Under the pieces are notes generated by a model, which had not been told where the DNA came from, made no database searches, and worked only from the letters and a program-made list of their open reading frames with translations. The position numbers were made by a program, and so were the translations under genes. This document shows positions 48,957 through 56,566 of a DNA stretch of 64,000 bases, one piece after another. The stretch's first letter is position 1. Every line of letters begins with the position of its first letter. Source of the stretch: an uncultured Solirubrobacteraceae bacterium (lineage in GTDB: Bacteria > Actinomycetota > Thermoleophilia > Solirubrobacterales > Solirubrobacteraceae); assembly GCA_964588985.1 (NCBI GenBank), contig CAZPQW010000001.1, positions 224,001 to 288,000 of the forward strand. The letters run 5' to 3'.

Positions 48957-49976
48957 ATGCACGCCGAGCGACTGACCGCGCAGATGCTCGCCGGGCCGCC
49001 GGCGAGCGACCCGGTGGAGGTGACACGCAGGCTGCTCGCGGTGCAGGGGCAGGACCCGCGTGGAGCGCGGCTCGCGATCCGCGCGCGGAGCACCGGCCTC
49101 TCAGCGGCGGACGTCGATCGCGCGCTCACGGAGGACCGCTCGCTGCTGATCACGTGGGTGAACCGCGGCACTCTGCATCTGCTCGCGAGCGAGGACTACC
49201 CGTGGCTGCACGAGCTCACCGCGCCGACGCTGTTCACCGCCGCCGCGAGGCGCCTCGCGCAGGAGGGTGTCACGCCGGACGCGGCCGATCGCGCGGTGGC
49301 GGCGGTCGAGAGCTCGCTGGCCGAGGAGGGGCCGCTGAGCAGGCTGCAGCTGCGCGAGCGGATCGACGCCGTGGGTGTGCGCACGGAGGGGCAGGCGCTG
49401 GTGCACTTGCTGCTGCTCGCGACGCTGCGCGGGCTGACGGTGCGCGGGCCGATTGTGGAGGGGCAGCACGCGTATGTGCTCGTGCGCGACTGGCTAGGGG
49501 AATCCGCGCCGGTCGATCGCGAGCGCGCACTCGCGGAGCTCGCCCGCAGGTATCTCGTGGGTCACGCGCCGGCCGACGAGCGCGACCTCGCGAAGTGGGC
49601 GGGCCTGCCACTGCGCGACGCGCGCGCAGGCCTCGCCGCGATCGCGTCGCAGCTGCATCAGCGCGAGGACGGGCTCGTCGAGCTCACGGGTAGCGGTGCG
49701 CCCGCACCGCTACCGCCACCGCGCCTGCTCGGGTCGTTCGAGCCGGTGCTGCTCGGATGGCGCTCGCGCGCGGCGTTGCTGGGCGCGCACGAGCAGCGGC
49801 TCGTCACGAACAACGGCATCTTCCGCCCGTTCGCGATGGTGAACGGGCGCGCGGTCGCCGTGTGGAAGCTGTCGGCTGGGAAGGTCACCCTCGAGCCCTT
49901 CGCGCGGATCGCGGCGAAGGACGAGGCGGCGCTGCAGGCGGACGCCGAGGATGTCGTCCGCTTCCTCTCCCGTTAG
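48957..49976 (+). CDS. AlkZ/YcaQ-like winged-helix DNA glycosylase (HTH_42)
   Basis: AVQGQD (QxQ/D motif), RGTLHLL, DLAKWAGL, NNGIFRP. Confidence 0.85.
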   Translation: MHAERLTAQMLAGPPASDPVEVTRRLLAVQGQDPRGARLAIRARSTGLSAADVDRALTEDRSLLITWVNRGTLHLLASEDYPWLHELTAPTLFTAAARRLAQEGVTPDAADRAVAAVESSLAEEGPLSRLQLRERIDAVGVRTEGQALVHLLLLATLRGLTVRGPIVEGQHAYVLVRDWLGESAPVDRERALAELARRYLVGHAPADERDLAKWAGLPLRDARAGLAAIASQLHQREDGLVELTGSGAPAPLPPPRLLGSFEPVLLGWRSRAALLGAHEQRLVTNNGIFRPFAMVNGRAVAVWKLSAGKVTLEPFARIAAKDEAALQADAEDVVRFLSR

Positions 49977-50521
49977 CCGGGGATCGCCACCCTCAGGATT
50001 GGGGCGCTCGTCGGGCTCGGGCTGCCACCGAGCGGCTCGGCGGTGACGAGCACGCTGCGCACGCCGCGCAGGCTGCCGGGGATCTGCACGTCGGCGCTAC
50101 CCGCTCTCGTGACCGTGAACAGCGCGTCGGTGGGTCGTGGCGGAGCGCCCGGTCGATCGAGCCAGAGCTCGTAGACCTCGCCGAACGGCGGCTCGGACAT
50201 CCGAGATATCTCCAGCTCCGTGCTGTGTCCGACACGTCGGAGCGAAACCACGGGGGCGCTTGCGCGCGCGCCGCTGTTCGGCGTTCCGGCGGGGTTTCCG
50301 CTTCTCAACGATCCGACCAGCGCAAGTGCACCGCTGAGCGCGAGCGCCGTGCAGACGAGGCCGCCCCCGGTCTGCATCGCACGCCGTCCGCGCACCGGCT
50401 TTCCCGGATCGCCATTGCCGCCGGCCGCCGCCAGTACGCGTCGACGAAGAGAGCCTGGTGCGATCACCCGCTGCGCGGGCACCTGAGCGGTGCTGCAAGA
50501 CGATCGTGTCGAGCGAAGCAT
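49973..50521 (-). CDS. RskA-like anti-sigma paralog lacking the N-terminal zinc-binding domain
   Basis: APGSLRRRVLAAA, TM helix, VYELWL...PTDALFTV...VTAEPLGGSPSPT; aligns with 54800..55519. Confidence 0.72.
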   Translation of the reverse strand: MLRSTRSSCSTAQVPAQRVIAPGSLRRRVLAAAGGNGDPGKPVRGRRAMQTGGGLVCTALALSGALALVGSLRSGNPAGTPNSGARASAPVVSLRRVGHSTELEISRMSEPPFGEVYELWLDRPGAPPRPTDALFTVTRAGSADVQIPGSLRGVRSVLVTAEPLGGSPSPTSAPILRVAIPG

Positions 50522-50530
50522 CGAGTTCCC

Positions 50531-50556
50531 TACGCACAGCGCCCCGCGGTGGATCA
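50531..50556 (-). promoter_or_regulatory. ECF promoter TGATCC-N16-CGTA (RskA paralog)
   Basis: One of four exact copies in the module. Confidence 0.8.
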
Positions 50557-50602
50557 CTCCCGCGCTCAATCGCCGGCGACGCGCGCAATTAACACTCTCG
50601 AT

Positions 50603-50628
50603 TGATCCGTATTCGCGCTGACGGCGTA
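50603..50628 (+). promoter_or_regulatory. ECF promoter TGATCC-N16-CGTA (ferritin-like operon)
   Basis: TGATCCgtattcgcgctgacggCGTA. Confidence 0.82.
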
Positions 50629-50697
50629 GTCACACCAAGCAAGGCTGACAGGGGGAGGTTTCCTCAGCCGACCTGCCAACCCCAACATGGGAGAGTC

Positions 50698-51390
50698 ATG
50701 ACTTACACGATCAACCTGGATGAGGTCGATGTTGACGGTGCGGTACGCGAGGCGGCGGACGACGTGTCGGGTGACACGCGACTGAGCTTCCTCAAGAAGG
50801 CCGGTGTCGCGGGCGGCGCGGCGATGAGCGGCGGCGCGACTCTGTCAGTGTTCGCGCCGAGCGCGTTCGCGGCAAGTCACGGTCGCCCGCCGGCGAAATT
50901 CGGTAAAGGTGACATCGGCATACTCAACTACGCGCTCACGCTCGAGTATCTCGAGGCGGCGTTCTACAACGGCGCAACCGCGGCGAACCTGCCGCTTAGC
51001 GCCCAGGCGAGCGCGTTCCTGAAGGTGGTCACCGCCGATGAGAACGCACACGTCGCGTTCCTCAAGAAGGCGCTCGGCAAAAAAGCCGTCGCGTCGCCGA
51101 AGTTCGACTTCAAAGGCTCCAACACCAACGCCGAAACGTTCATGAAGACCGCACAGGTCTTGGAGAACACGGGCGTGCACGCCTATTCGGGGCAGGCCCT
51201 CAACATCAAGTCGGCCACGTACGTCAAGGCAGCATTGTCGATCCTTACGATCGAGGCTCGCCACGCGAGCGTGATCGGGCTGCTGAACGACCCGACGGGC
51301 AAGGAAATCGCACCCGACGGCCCGTTCGACACACCGCTCACGGCGTCGAAGGTGCTCGCCGCGGTGAAGGCCACCGGCTTCGTCGTCTGA
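50698..51390 (+). CDS. Secreted ferritin-like (Ferritin_2 / Rds1-type) protein 1
   Basis: TRLSFLKK signal, AFA cleavage site; LNYALTLEYLE, ENAH, LEN, EARH. Confidence 0.9.
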   Translation: MTYTINLDEVDVDGAVREAADDVSGDTRLSFLKKAGVAGGAAMSGGATLSVFAPSAFAASHGRPPAKFGKGDIGILNYALTLEYLEAAFYNGATAANLPLSAQASAFLKVVTADENAHVAFLKKALGKKAVASPKFDFKGSNTNAETFMKTAQVLENTGVHAYSGQALNIKSATYVKAALSILTIEARHASVIGLLNDPTGKEIAPDGPFDTPLTASKVLAAVKATGFVV

Positions 51391-51434
51391 GTGCACGTGC
51401 GATTCCCGACAAACACGACGTGGAGGTAGTGAAG

Positions 51435-52124
51435 ATGTCAAGTGCAACCAGTGAGGACACGGCTCCGCAGCCGGCTGGGATCGTCGAGCGACTCGTGCGC
51501 GACGATCTCGACCGAAAGCGGTTCCTGAAGGTGGTCGGAAGCGCAGGCGCGGCGAGCTTCGGCGCGTTCGTGATGGCGGCGTGCGGCAGTTCCAGCAAGA
51601 CCGCCTCGACGGCAGCGGCGCCGACGACGACGTCGACCGCCACGACCGGCGGTGGCGGTGACATCGCGATCCTCAACTACGCGCTCACGCTCGAGTACCT
51701 CGAGACCGCGTTCTACGAGAAGGTGATCGCGGCGGAACTGTTCAGCGGCAAGGTCGGAGGTCTGCTCGAGGACTTCGGCCGTCAGGAGGCATCGCACGTG
51801 GTCGCGCTGAAAGCGGCTGTCAGCAAGCTCGGAGGCACGCCGGCCACGAAGCCGAACGCGAAGTTCCCGATCACGAGCGCCACACAGGTGGCCGAGCTCG
51901 CCTACACCGTCGAGAATCTCGGCGCGTCGGCGTATCTCGGGCAGGCGGCGAACATCCAGAGTCCCGAGGTCCTGGCCTCGGCGCTCGCGATCCACTCCGT
52001 CGAGGCGCGCCACGCGGCGACCCTCGGCACGCTGGTCAAGAAGTCGGTCTCTCCGGACGGGGCGTTCGCCAAGCCGGCTGACATGTCAACTGTGCTGGCG
52101 GCCGTCAAGCCGTTCCTGGCCTGA
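51435..52124 (+). CDS. Ferritin-like lipoprotein 2
   Basis: GGAGG RBS; DRKRFLK signal, MAAC lipobox, Thr/Ala linker; LNYALTLEYLE, EASH, VEN, EARH. Confidence 0.9.
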   Translation: MSSATSEDTAPQPAGIVERLVRDDLDRKRFLKVVGSAGAASFGAFVMAACGSSSKTASTAAAPTTTSTATTGGGGDIAILNYALTLEYLETAFYEKVIAAELFSGKVGGLLEDFGRQEASHVVALKAAVSKLGGTPATKPNAKFPITSATQVAELAYTVENLGASAYLGQAANIQSPEVLASALAIHSVEARHAATLGTLVKKSVSPDGAFAKPADMSTVLAAVKPFLA

Positions 52125-52152
52125 TCGCTGCTGGAAAAGGAGCACGAAAACG

Positions 52153-52809
52153 ATGTCCGACAAACAACTCACACATTCGAGCCGCGCTGCGCTCGCCAAT
52201 CCCGAGCTGGCCTCGCTGGAGGTGCACGGCATGACGCGCGGGAGCTTCATCCTGCGTGGCGCGCTCGCAGCGGGAGCGTTCTACGGAACCACGGCGGTGA
52301 CGCCGTTCGTCTCACAGGCGCTCGCCGAAACCGGTGGGGGTGACGTTGACATCCTCAACTTCGCGCTCACCCTCGAGTACCTCGAGGCCGACTTCTACAC
52401 GGTCAAGGGGAGGTCGCTGAAACTCAGCGGGCAGGCGAAGGCCTACGCGCAGCAGTTCGGCGAAGAGGAGGCAGAGCACGTCACGGCGCTGATCGCCGCG
52501 ATCAAACAGCTGGGCGGCACTGCGGTGAAGAAACCGCAGTTCGTGTTTCCGGCGAGCAGCGAGAGCTCGTTTCTGGCGCTCGCCTCGGTGCTGGAGAACA
52601 CCGGAGTGGGCGCCTACAACGGCGCTGCTCCCTCGCTTCAGAGCAAGCAGGTGCTTGCGGCTGCCGGCGGGATCGTGCAGATCGAGGCTCGTCACGCGGC
52701 GGCGATCGACCTGCTGATCGGCAAGAGCCCGACGCCGACCGAAGGGTTCGACACGCCGCTCACCAAGGCGCAGGTGCTCGCCAAGGCGGGGCCGCTGATC
52801 AAGGCCTAG
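52153..52809 (+). CDS. Secreted ferritin-like protein 3
   Basis: AAGGAG RBS; TRGSFIL signal, ALA site; LNFALTLEYLE, EAEH, LEN, EARH. Confidence 0.9.
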   Translation: MSDKQLTHSSRAALANPELASLEVHGMTRGSFILRGALAAGAFYGTTAVTPFVSQALAETGGGDVDILNFALTLEYLEADFYTVKGRSLKLSGQAKAYAQQFGEEEAEHVTALIAAIKQLGGTAVKKPQFVFPASSESSFLALASVLENTGVGAYNGAAPSLQSKQVLAAAGGIVQIEARHAAAIDLLIGKSPTPTEGFDTPLTKAQVLAKAGPLIKA

Positions 52810-52836
52810 CAAGTGAAGCAGTGGAGGGGTCGCGGG

Positions 52837-52862
52837 TGATCCGCCGGCGGCCCCTCCGCGTA
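52837..52862 (+). promoter_or_regulatory. ECF promoter TGATCC-N16-CGTA (tatAC), embedded in a hairpin
   Basis: TGATCCgccggcggcccctccgCGTA. Confidence 0.8.
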
Positions 52863-52900
52863 ATACCAACCAGAGTCAATCTCAGGAGGCAACACCAATC

Positions 52901-53119
52901 ATGGGTCTCGACAATCCAATCCACATCGCATTTCTGCTGATCCTGCTGCTGCTCGTGTTCGGCGCCAAGCGCCTGCCGGAGATGGGCAAATCGCTCGGCA
53001 CCGGAATGCGCGGCTTCAAGGACGCGCTCAGCGGTGAGAGCGAGCCGGCGCCGCAGATCGCACACGAGCCGCAGGCAGTCGCTGTGGCTCCTGTTCCCGC
53101 CGAGAAGATCGCCGCCTGA
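52901..53119 (+). CDS. tatA: Twin-arginine translocase TatA
   Basis: LLVFGAKRLPEMGKSLGTGMRGFK; AGGAGG RBS. Confidence 0.95.
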   Translation: MGLDNPIHIAFLLILLLLVFGAKRLPEMGKSLGTGMRGFKDALSGESEPAPQIAHEPQAVAVAPVPAEKIAA

Positions 53120-53121
53120 TC

Positions 53122-54093
53122 ATGGCGGTTGCCGTCGGCAGGATCGGGCACGAAGATCGGGTCAGCCTGGTCGACCATCTGCAGGAGCTGCGCGGCCGTC
53201 TGATCATCTCGCTGGTCGCGGTAGCGGTGACGTTCGCGCTGTGCATGTGGCAGAACCACGCGCTGTTGAACATCATCAACGAGCCGCTCTCGCACGAGAC
53301 GCAAAAGCAGGTGAAGGCGGGCAACGGGCCGCTCGGCGCGACGTACACCGTCCAACAGAACGCGCGTGCGCTCGCCACCGAGCTGCAGGTGGTGGTGGGC
53401 GTGCTGGGGCGGCCCGGCAGCGGCGCCTCGCCCGCGGCCCGCGCAGCACTGGCGCCGGTCGCACCGCAGCTGCAGCGCCAGATCGCGAGTCTCTCGGCTC
53501 CGCCGCAGGGCAACAAGCCGGTGACGCTCGGGATCGGCGAGCCGTTCACCACGACGATCGGCATCGCGCTGATCTTCGCGTTGATCCTCGCGCTCCCCGT
53601 GATCCTGTACGAGCTGTACGGATTCCTGCTGCCGGCTTTCAGTCCCGAGCAGCGCAGCGTGACGACGCCCCTGATGCTGGCGATCCCGTTCCTGTTCGTG
53701 GCGGGTGTGCTGTTCGGGTACTTCGTGGTGCTCCCGGCGGCGGTGCGCTTCTTTCAGAACTTCAACAGCGGCCAGTTCAACGTGCTGGTGCAGGCCAACC
53801 AGTACTACCACTTCGCCGCGGTGACACTGCTGGCGATGGGACTCGTCTTCCAGGTTCCCGTCGGCATTCTCGCGGCCACTCGCGCGGGAGTCGTGACGAC
53901 GCGCCAGCTGCGCCACAACCGCCGCTATGCGATCCTCGCGTGCGGCGCGGTGGCGGCGTTCCTCCCCGGCGATGCGGTCACACTCGTCCTCGAGACGGTT
54001 CCGCTGTACCTGCTGTTCGAGCTGAGCGTTCTGATCGCCAGGTTCATCGAGCACCGCGAAGCCCGCCGGACGGCCGCAGATGCACTCCGATGA
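53122..54093 (+). CDS. tatC: Twin-arginine translocase TatC (variant)
   Basis: SLVDHLQELRGRL, EPF, FLLPAFSPEQR, LFVAGVLFGYFVVLP, PGD, PLYLLFELS. Confidence 0.93.
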   Translation: MAVAVGRIGHEDRVSLVDHLQELRGRLIISLVAVAVTFALCMWQNHALLNIINEPLSHETQKQVKAGNGPLGATYTVQQNARALATELQVVVGVLGRPGSGASPAARAALAPVAPQLQRQIASLSAPPQGNKPVTLGIGEPFTTTIGIALIFALILALPVILYELYGFLLPAFSPEQRSVTTPLMLAIPFLFVAGVLFGYFVVLPAAVRFFQNFNSGQFNVLVQANQYYHFAAVTLLAMGLVFQVPVGILAATRAGVVTTRQLRHNRRYAILACGAVAAFLPGDAVTLVLETVPLYLLFELSVLIARFIEHREARRTAADALR

Positions 54094-54147
54094 CCGCGAC
54101 CGCCGGCTCCGCTGGCATCGGTGGGAGGATCCTCGCGCGTGGATGAG

Positions 54148-54173
54148 TGATCCAAACGCGGGTATCTGCCGTA
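54148..54173 (+). promoter_or_regulatory. ECF promoter TGATCC-N16-CGTA (sigma/anti-sigma autoregulation)
   Basis: TGATCCaaacgcgggtatctgcCGTA. Confidence 0.82.
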
Positions 54174-54185
54174 ACCATGACGAGC

Positions 54186-54803
54186 ATGTTCAATCCCTTG
54201 CGTCCAGCTGCTGGTGGAGGAGATTCGGTGGAGCGGCTGCGCGTGCTCGCGGACGAGGAGCTCATGCAGCTCGTTTACAGGAGCCGAGCGGACGCGTTCG
54301 AGGTCATCTATGACCGTCATGCCGACGCCGCCTTCTCGCTCGCCCTGCGCATCTGCGGCCAGCGTGCGCTTGCCGAGGATGTCGTGCAGGAGGCGTTCCT
54401 GTCGTTGTGGCGCAGCCAGGCGCACTACGACCGCGGCCGCGGGAGCGTGCGCACCTGGCTGCTCGGCATCGTGCACAACCGCGCGATCGACGCGTTGCGC
54501 AGACGCGCAGTGCGCGAGCGCGGGATCGTCGACGAAGAGGGACTTGAGGAGCGAGTCGCCTCGCCCGAGCGCACAGACCTGGAGTTCGCGCGCCGCGAGG
54601 AGGCGCGCCAGGTCCGCGACGCGCTCGAGCAACTGCCCGGGGAGCAGAGCCGGGTGATCGAGCTCGCTTACTTCGGCGGTCTCACACACGTCCAGATCGC
54701 GTCGATGCTCGACACGCCGGTGGGAACGATCAAGGGCCGCATGCGTCTCGGTCTTTCGAAGATGCGCATCACGCTCGGCGACCCGGCGGAGGCGGCGCGA
54801 TGA
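54186..54803 (+). CDS. SigK-like ECF sigma factor
   Basis: AEDVVQEAFL, WLLGIVHNRAID, ELAYFGGLTHVQIA..GTIKGRMRLGL; start uncertain (ATG 54177/54186 or GTG 54228 with GGAGGAG). Confidence 0.92.
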   Translation: MFNPLRPAAGGGDSVERLRVLADEELMQLVYRSRADAFEVIYDRHADAAFSLALRICGQRALAEDVVQEAFLSLWRSQAHYDRGRGSVRTWLLGIVHNRAIDALRRRAVRERGIVDEEGLEERVASPERTDLEFARREEARQVRDALEQLPGEQSRVIELAYFGGLTHVQIASMLDTPVGTIKGRMRLGLSKMRITLGDPAEAAR

Positions 54804-55519
54804 GCCCCGACGAGATCGACATCCACATGGACGGCTGCGGCGTGGACGCCGCGCCATACGTGCTCGGATCGCTCACCGACCAGGAGGTCGAGACGTTCAA
54901 GGCCCACCTCGCGACGTGCGCGGTCTGCCGCGAGGAAGTGGCCGCGCTGCAGACGATCGTGTCGACGCTGCCCGCCGCAGCCCCCCAGGTGCAGGCGCCC
55001 ACGGAGCTCAAGCAGAGGGTGCTCGCCACCGTGCGACAGGAGGTCAGCCTGCACGGGGGCCCGGCCACATCAGGCGGAGCAAGGACCGGACGCAAGCCGT
55101 CACGGTCGTGGCTCGGATGGCGCCCGGCGCTCGCCGGTGTCGGCGTGGCGGCGGTCGTCGCGGTGGTTCTCGCGATTGCGCTTGCTCCGGGAGGAGGCGG
55201 CGGCGCTACGCGCACGATTCAGGCCGAAGTGCTCGCCCCGCGCGCGAGCGCGACGTTGCGGGTGAGCGACGGTCACGCCGAACTGAACATCGCCCGCATG
55301 CCGCAGACGACGCCCGGCCGCGTGTATGAGGTGTGGATTCAGCGCAGCGGACCGCCGCAGCCCACGAACGCGCTGTTCACCGTCAGCCGCGCAGGCGACG
55401 CCACCGTCGGCGTGCCCGGAGCGATCGCCGGCGTGAAGGTGGTCATGGTCACCTCCGAGCCGCGAGGCGGCAGCGCCGTCCCTACGCGCTCGCCTGTGAT
55501 CGTCGCGCACGTCAGCTGA
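54800..55519 (+). CDS. RskA-like anti-sigma factor with ZAS motif
   Basis: APYVLGSL...HLATCAVC, TM helix, VYEVW, VTSEPRGGSAVPT. Confidence 0.9.
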   Translation: MSPDEIDIHMDGCGVDAAPYVLGSLTDQEVETFKAHLATCAVCREEVAALQTIVSTLPAAAPQVQAPTELKQRVLATVRQEVSLHGGPATSGGARTGRKPSRSWLGWRPALAGVGVAAVVAVVLAIALAPGGGGGATRTIQAEVLAPRASATLRVSDGHAELNIARMPQTTPGRVYEVWIQRSGPPQPTNALFTVSRAGDATVGVPGAIAGVKVVMVTSEPRGGSAVPTRSPVIVAHVS

Positions 55520-55730
55520 CAGCGGTCACGAGCAGCTCCTCATCGCCCACGCGCACCGTGTCGCCGCGAGCGAGCTGGCGCCCGCGTCTGTCCTCGCGCT
55601 CGCCGTTGACCCACACGGGCTCGGTCGCGAGCAGCGCCTTGGCCTCGCTGCCGCTGTCGATCAGTCCGGCGAGCTTGAGCAGCTGACCGAGCCGGATCTT
55701 CTCCTCCCTGATCGGGATCTCGCGAGCCAT
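55512..55730 (-). CDS. S4-domain RNA-binding protein (YaaA/YbcJ-like)
   Basis: IRLGQLLKLAGLIDSGSEAK, VNGEREDRRGRQL. Confidence 0.9.
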   Translation of the reverse strand: MAREIPIREEKIRLGQLLKLAGLIDSGSEAKALLATEPVWVNGEREDRRGRQLARGDTVRVGDEELLVTAVS

Positions 55731-55792
55731 CCGAGGAATCTAGCGCCCGGAAGAAGACGGCCGCTCGGAATGCGCTACTGTCGCGCTCAGCG

Positions 55793-56566
55793 ATGGGCGA
55801 GCGAAGCGAGTACACACCGGGAACGTTCTGCTGGACCGACCTGAGCGCCCCCGACCAGGCCGCCGCGAAGGCGTTCTACACCGCGCTGTTTGGCTGGAGC
55901 GCGGTCGACATGCCGGTCGGCGAGTCGGTCTACTCGATGATGCAGGTAGACGGCAAGACGGTCGCCGCGATCTCCCCGCAACCCCAGCAGCAGCGCGACG
56001 CGGGTATGCCCGCGATCTGGAACTCCTACATCTCGGTCGGTAGCGCCGACGCGGTCCTCGAGCGCGCGAAAGAGCTCGGCGGCTCGGCGCACACCCCCGC
56101 CTTCGACGTGTTGGACGCCGGTCGCATGGCGGTCATCCAGGACCCGCAGGGGGCGTACTTCCTGGTGTGGGAGCCGCGCGCGCGACCCGGCGCCGCGCTC
56201 GTGAACGCCCCCGGCGCGCTCGTGTGGAACGAGCTGCAGTCCCCCGACCTCGACGCCTCCGCGTCCTTCTACGGCGACCTCTTCGGCTGGGACGTCGCCC
56301 CGTTCGAAGGCATGGCGGATCGCTACCTGTCGATCAAAAACGCGAGTGCGAACAACGGCGGCATGCGCGAGCTCGCGCCCGGCACTCCGCCCAGCTGGCT
56401 CGTTTACTTCGGCGCCGAGGACATCGACGCGGCGCTCGCCAAGGTGCAGGAGCTCGGCGGCTCCAAGTTGGCCGGCCCGATCGACATCCAGATCGCGAAG
56501 ATCGCGGTCGTGCAGGATCCGCAGGGCGGCGTGTTCGCGCTCTACGCGGGCGCGCTCGAGCCCTAG
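55793..56566 (+). CDS. Two-domain VOC/glyoxalase family protein
   Basis: PGTFCWTDL, FYTALFGW, DPQG twice. Confidence 0.9.
   Translation: MGERSEYTPGTFCWTDLSAPDQAAAKAFYTALFGWSAVDMPVGESVYSMMQVDGKTVAAISPQPQQQRDAGMPAIWNSYISVGSADAVLERAKELGGSAHTPAFDVLDAGRMAVIQDPQGAYFLVWEPRARPGAALVNAPGALVWNELQSPDLDASASFYGDLFGWDVAPFEGMADRYLSIKNASANNGGMRELAPGTPPSWLVYFGAEDIDAALAKVQELGGSKLAGPIDIQIAKIAVVQDPQGGVFALYAGALEP

Noticed and set aside
50910-52400. Recurrent CTCAACT(A/T)CGCGCTCAC-CTCGAGTA sequence as a CRISPR-like or mobile repeat
   Set aside because: It is the conserved LNYALTLEY coding motif of the three ferritin-like paralogs
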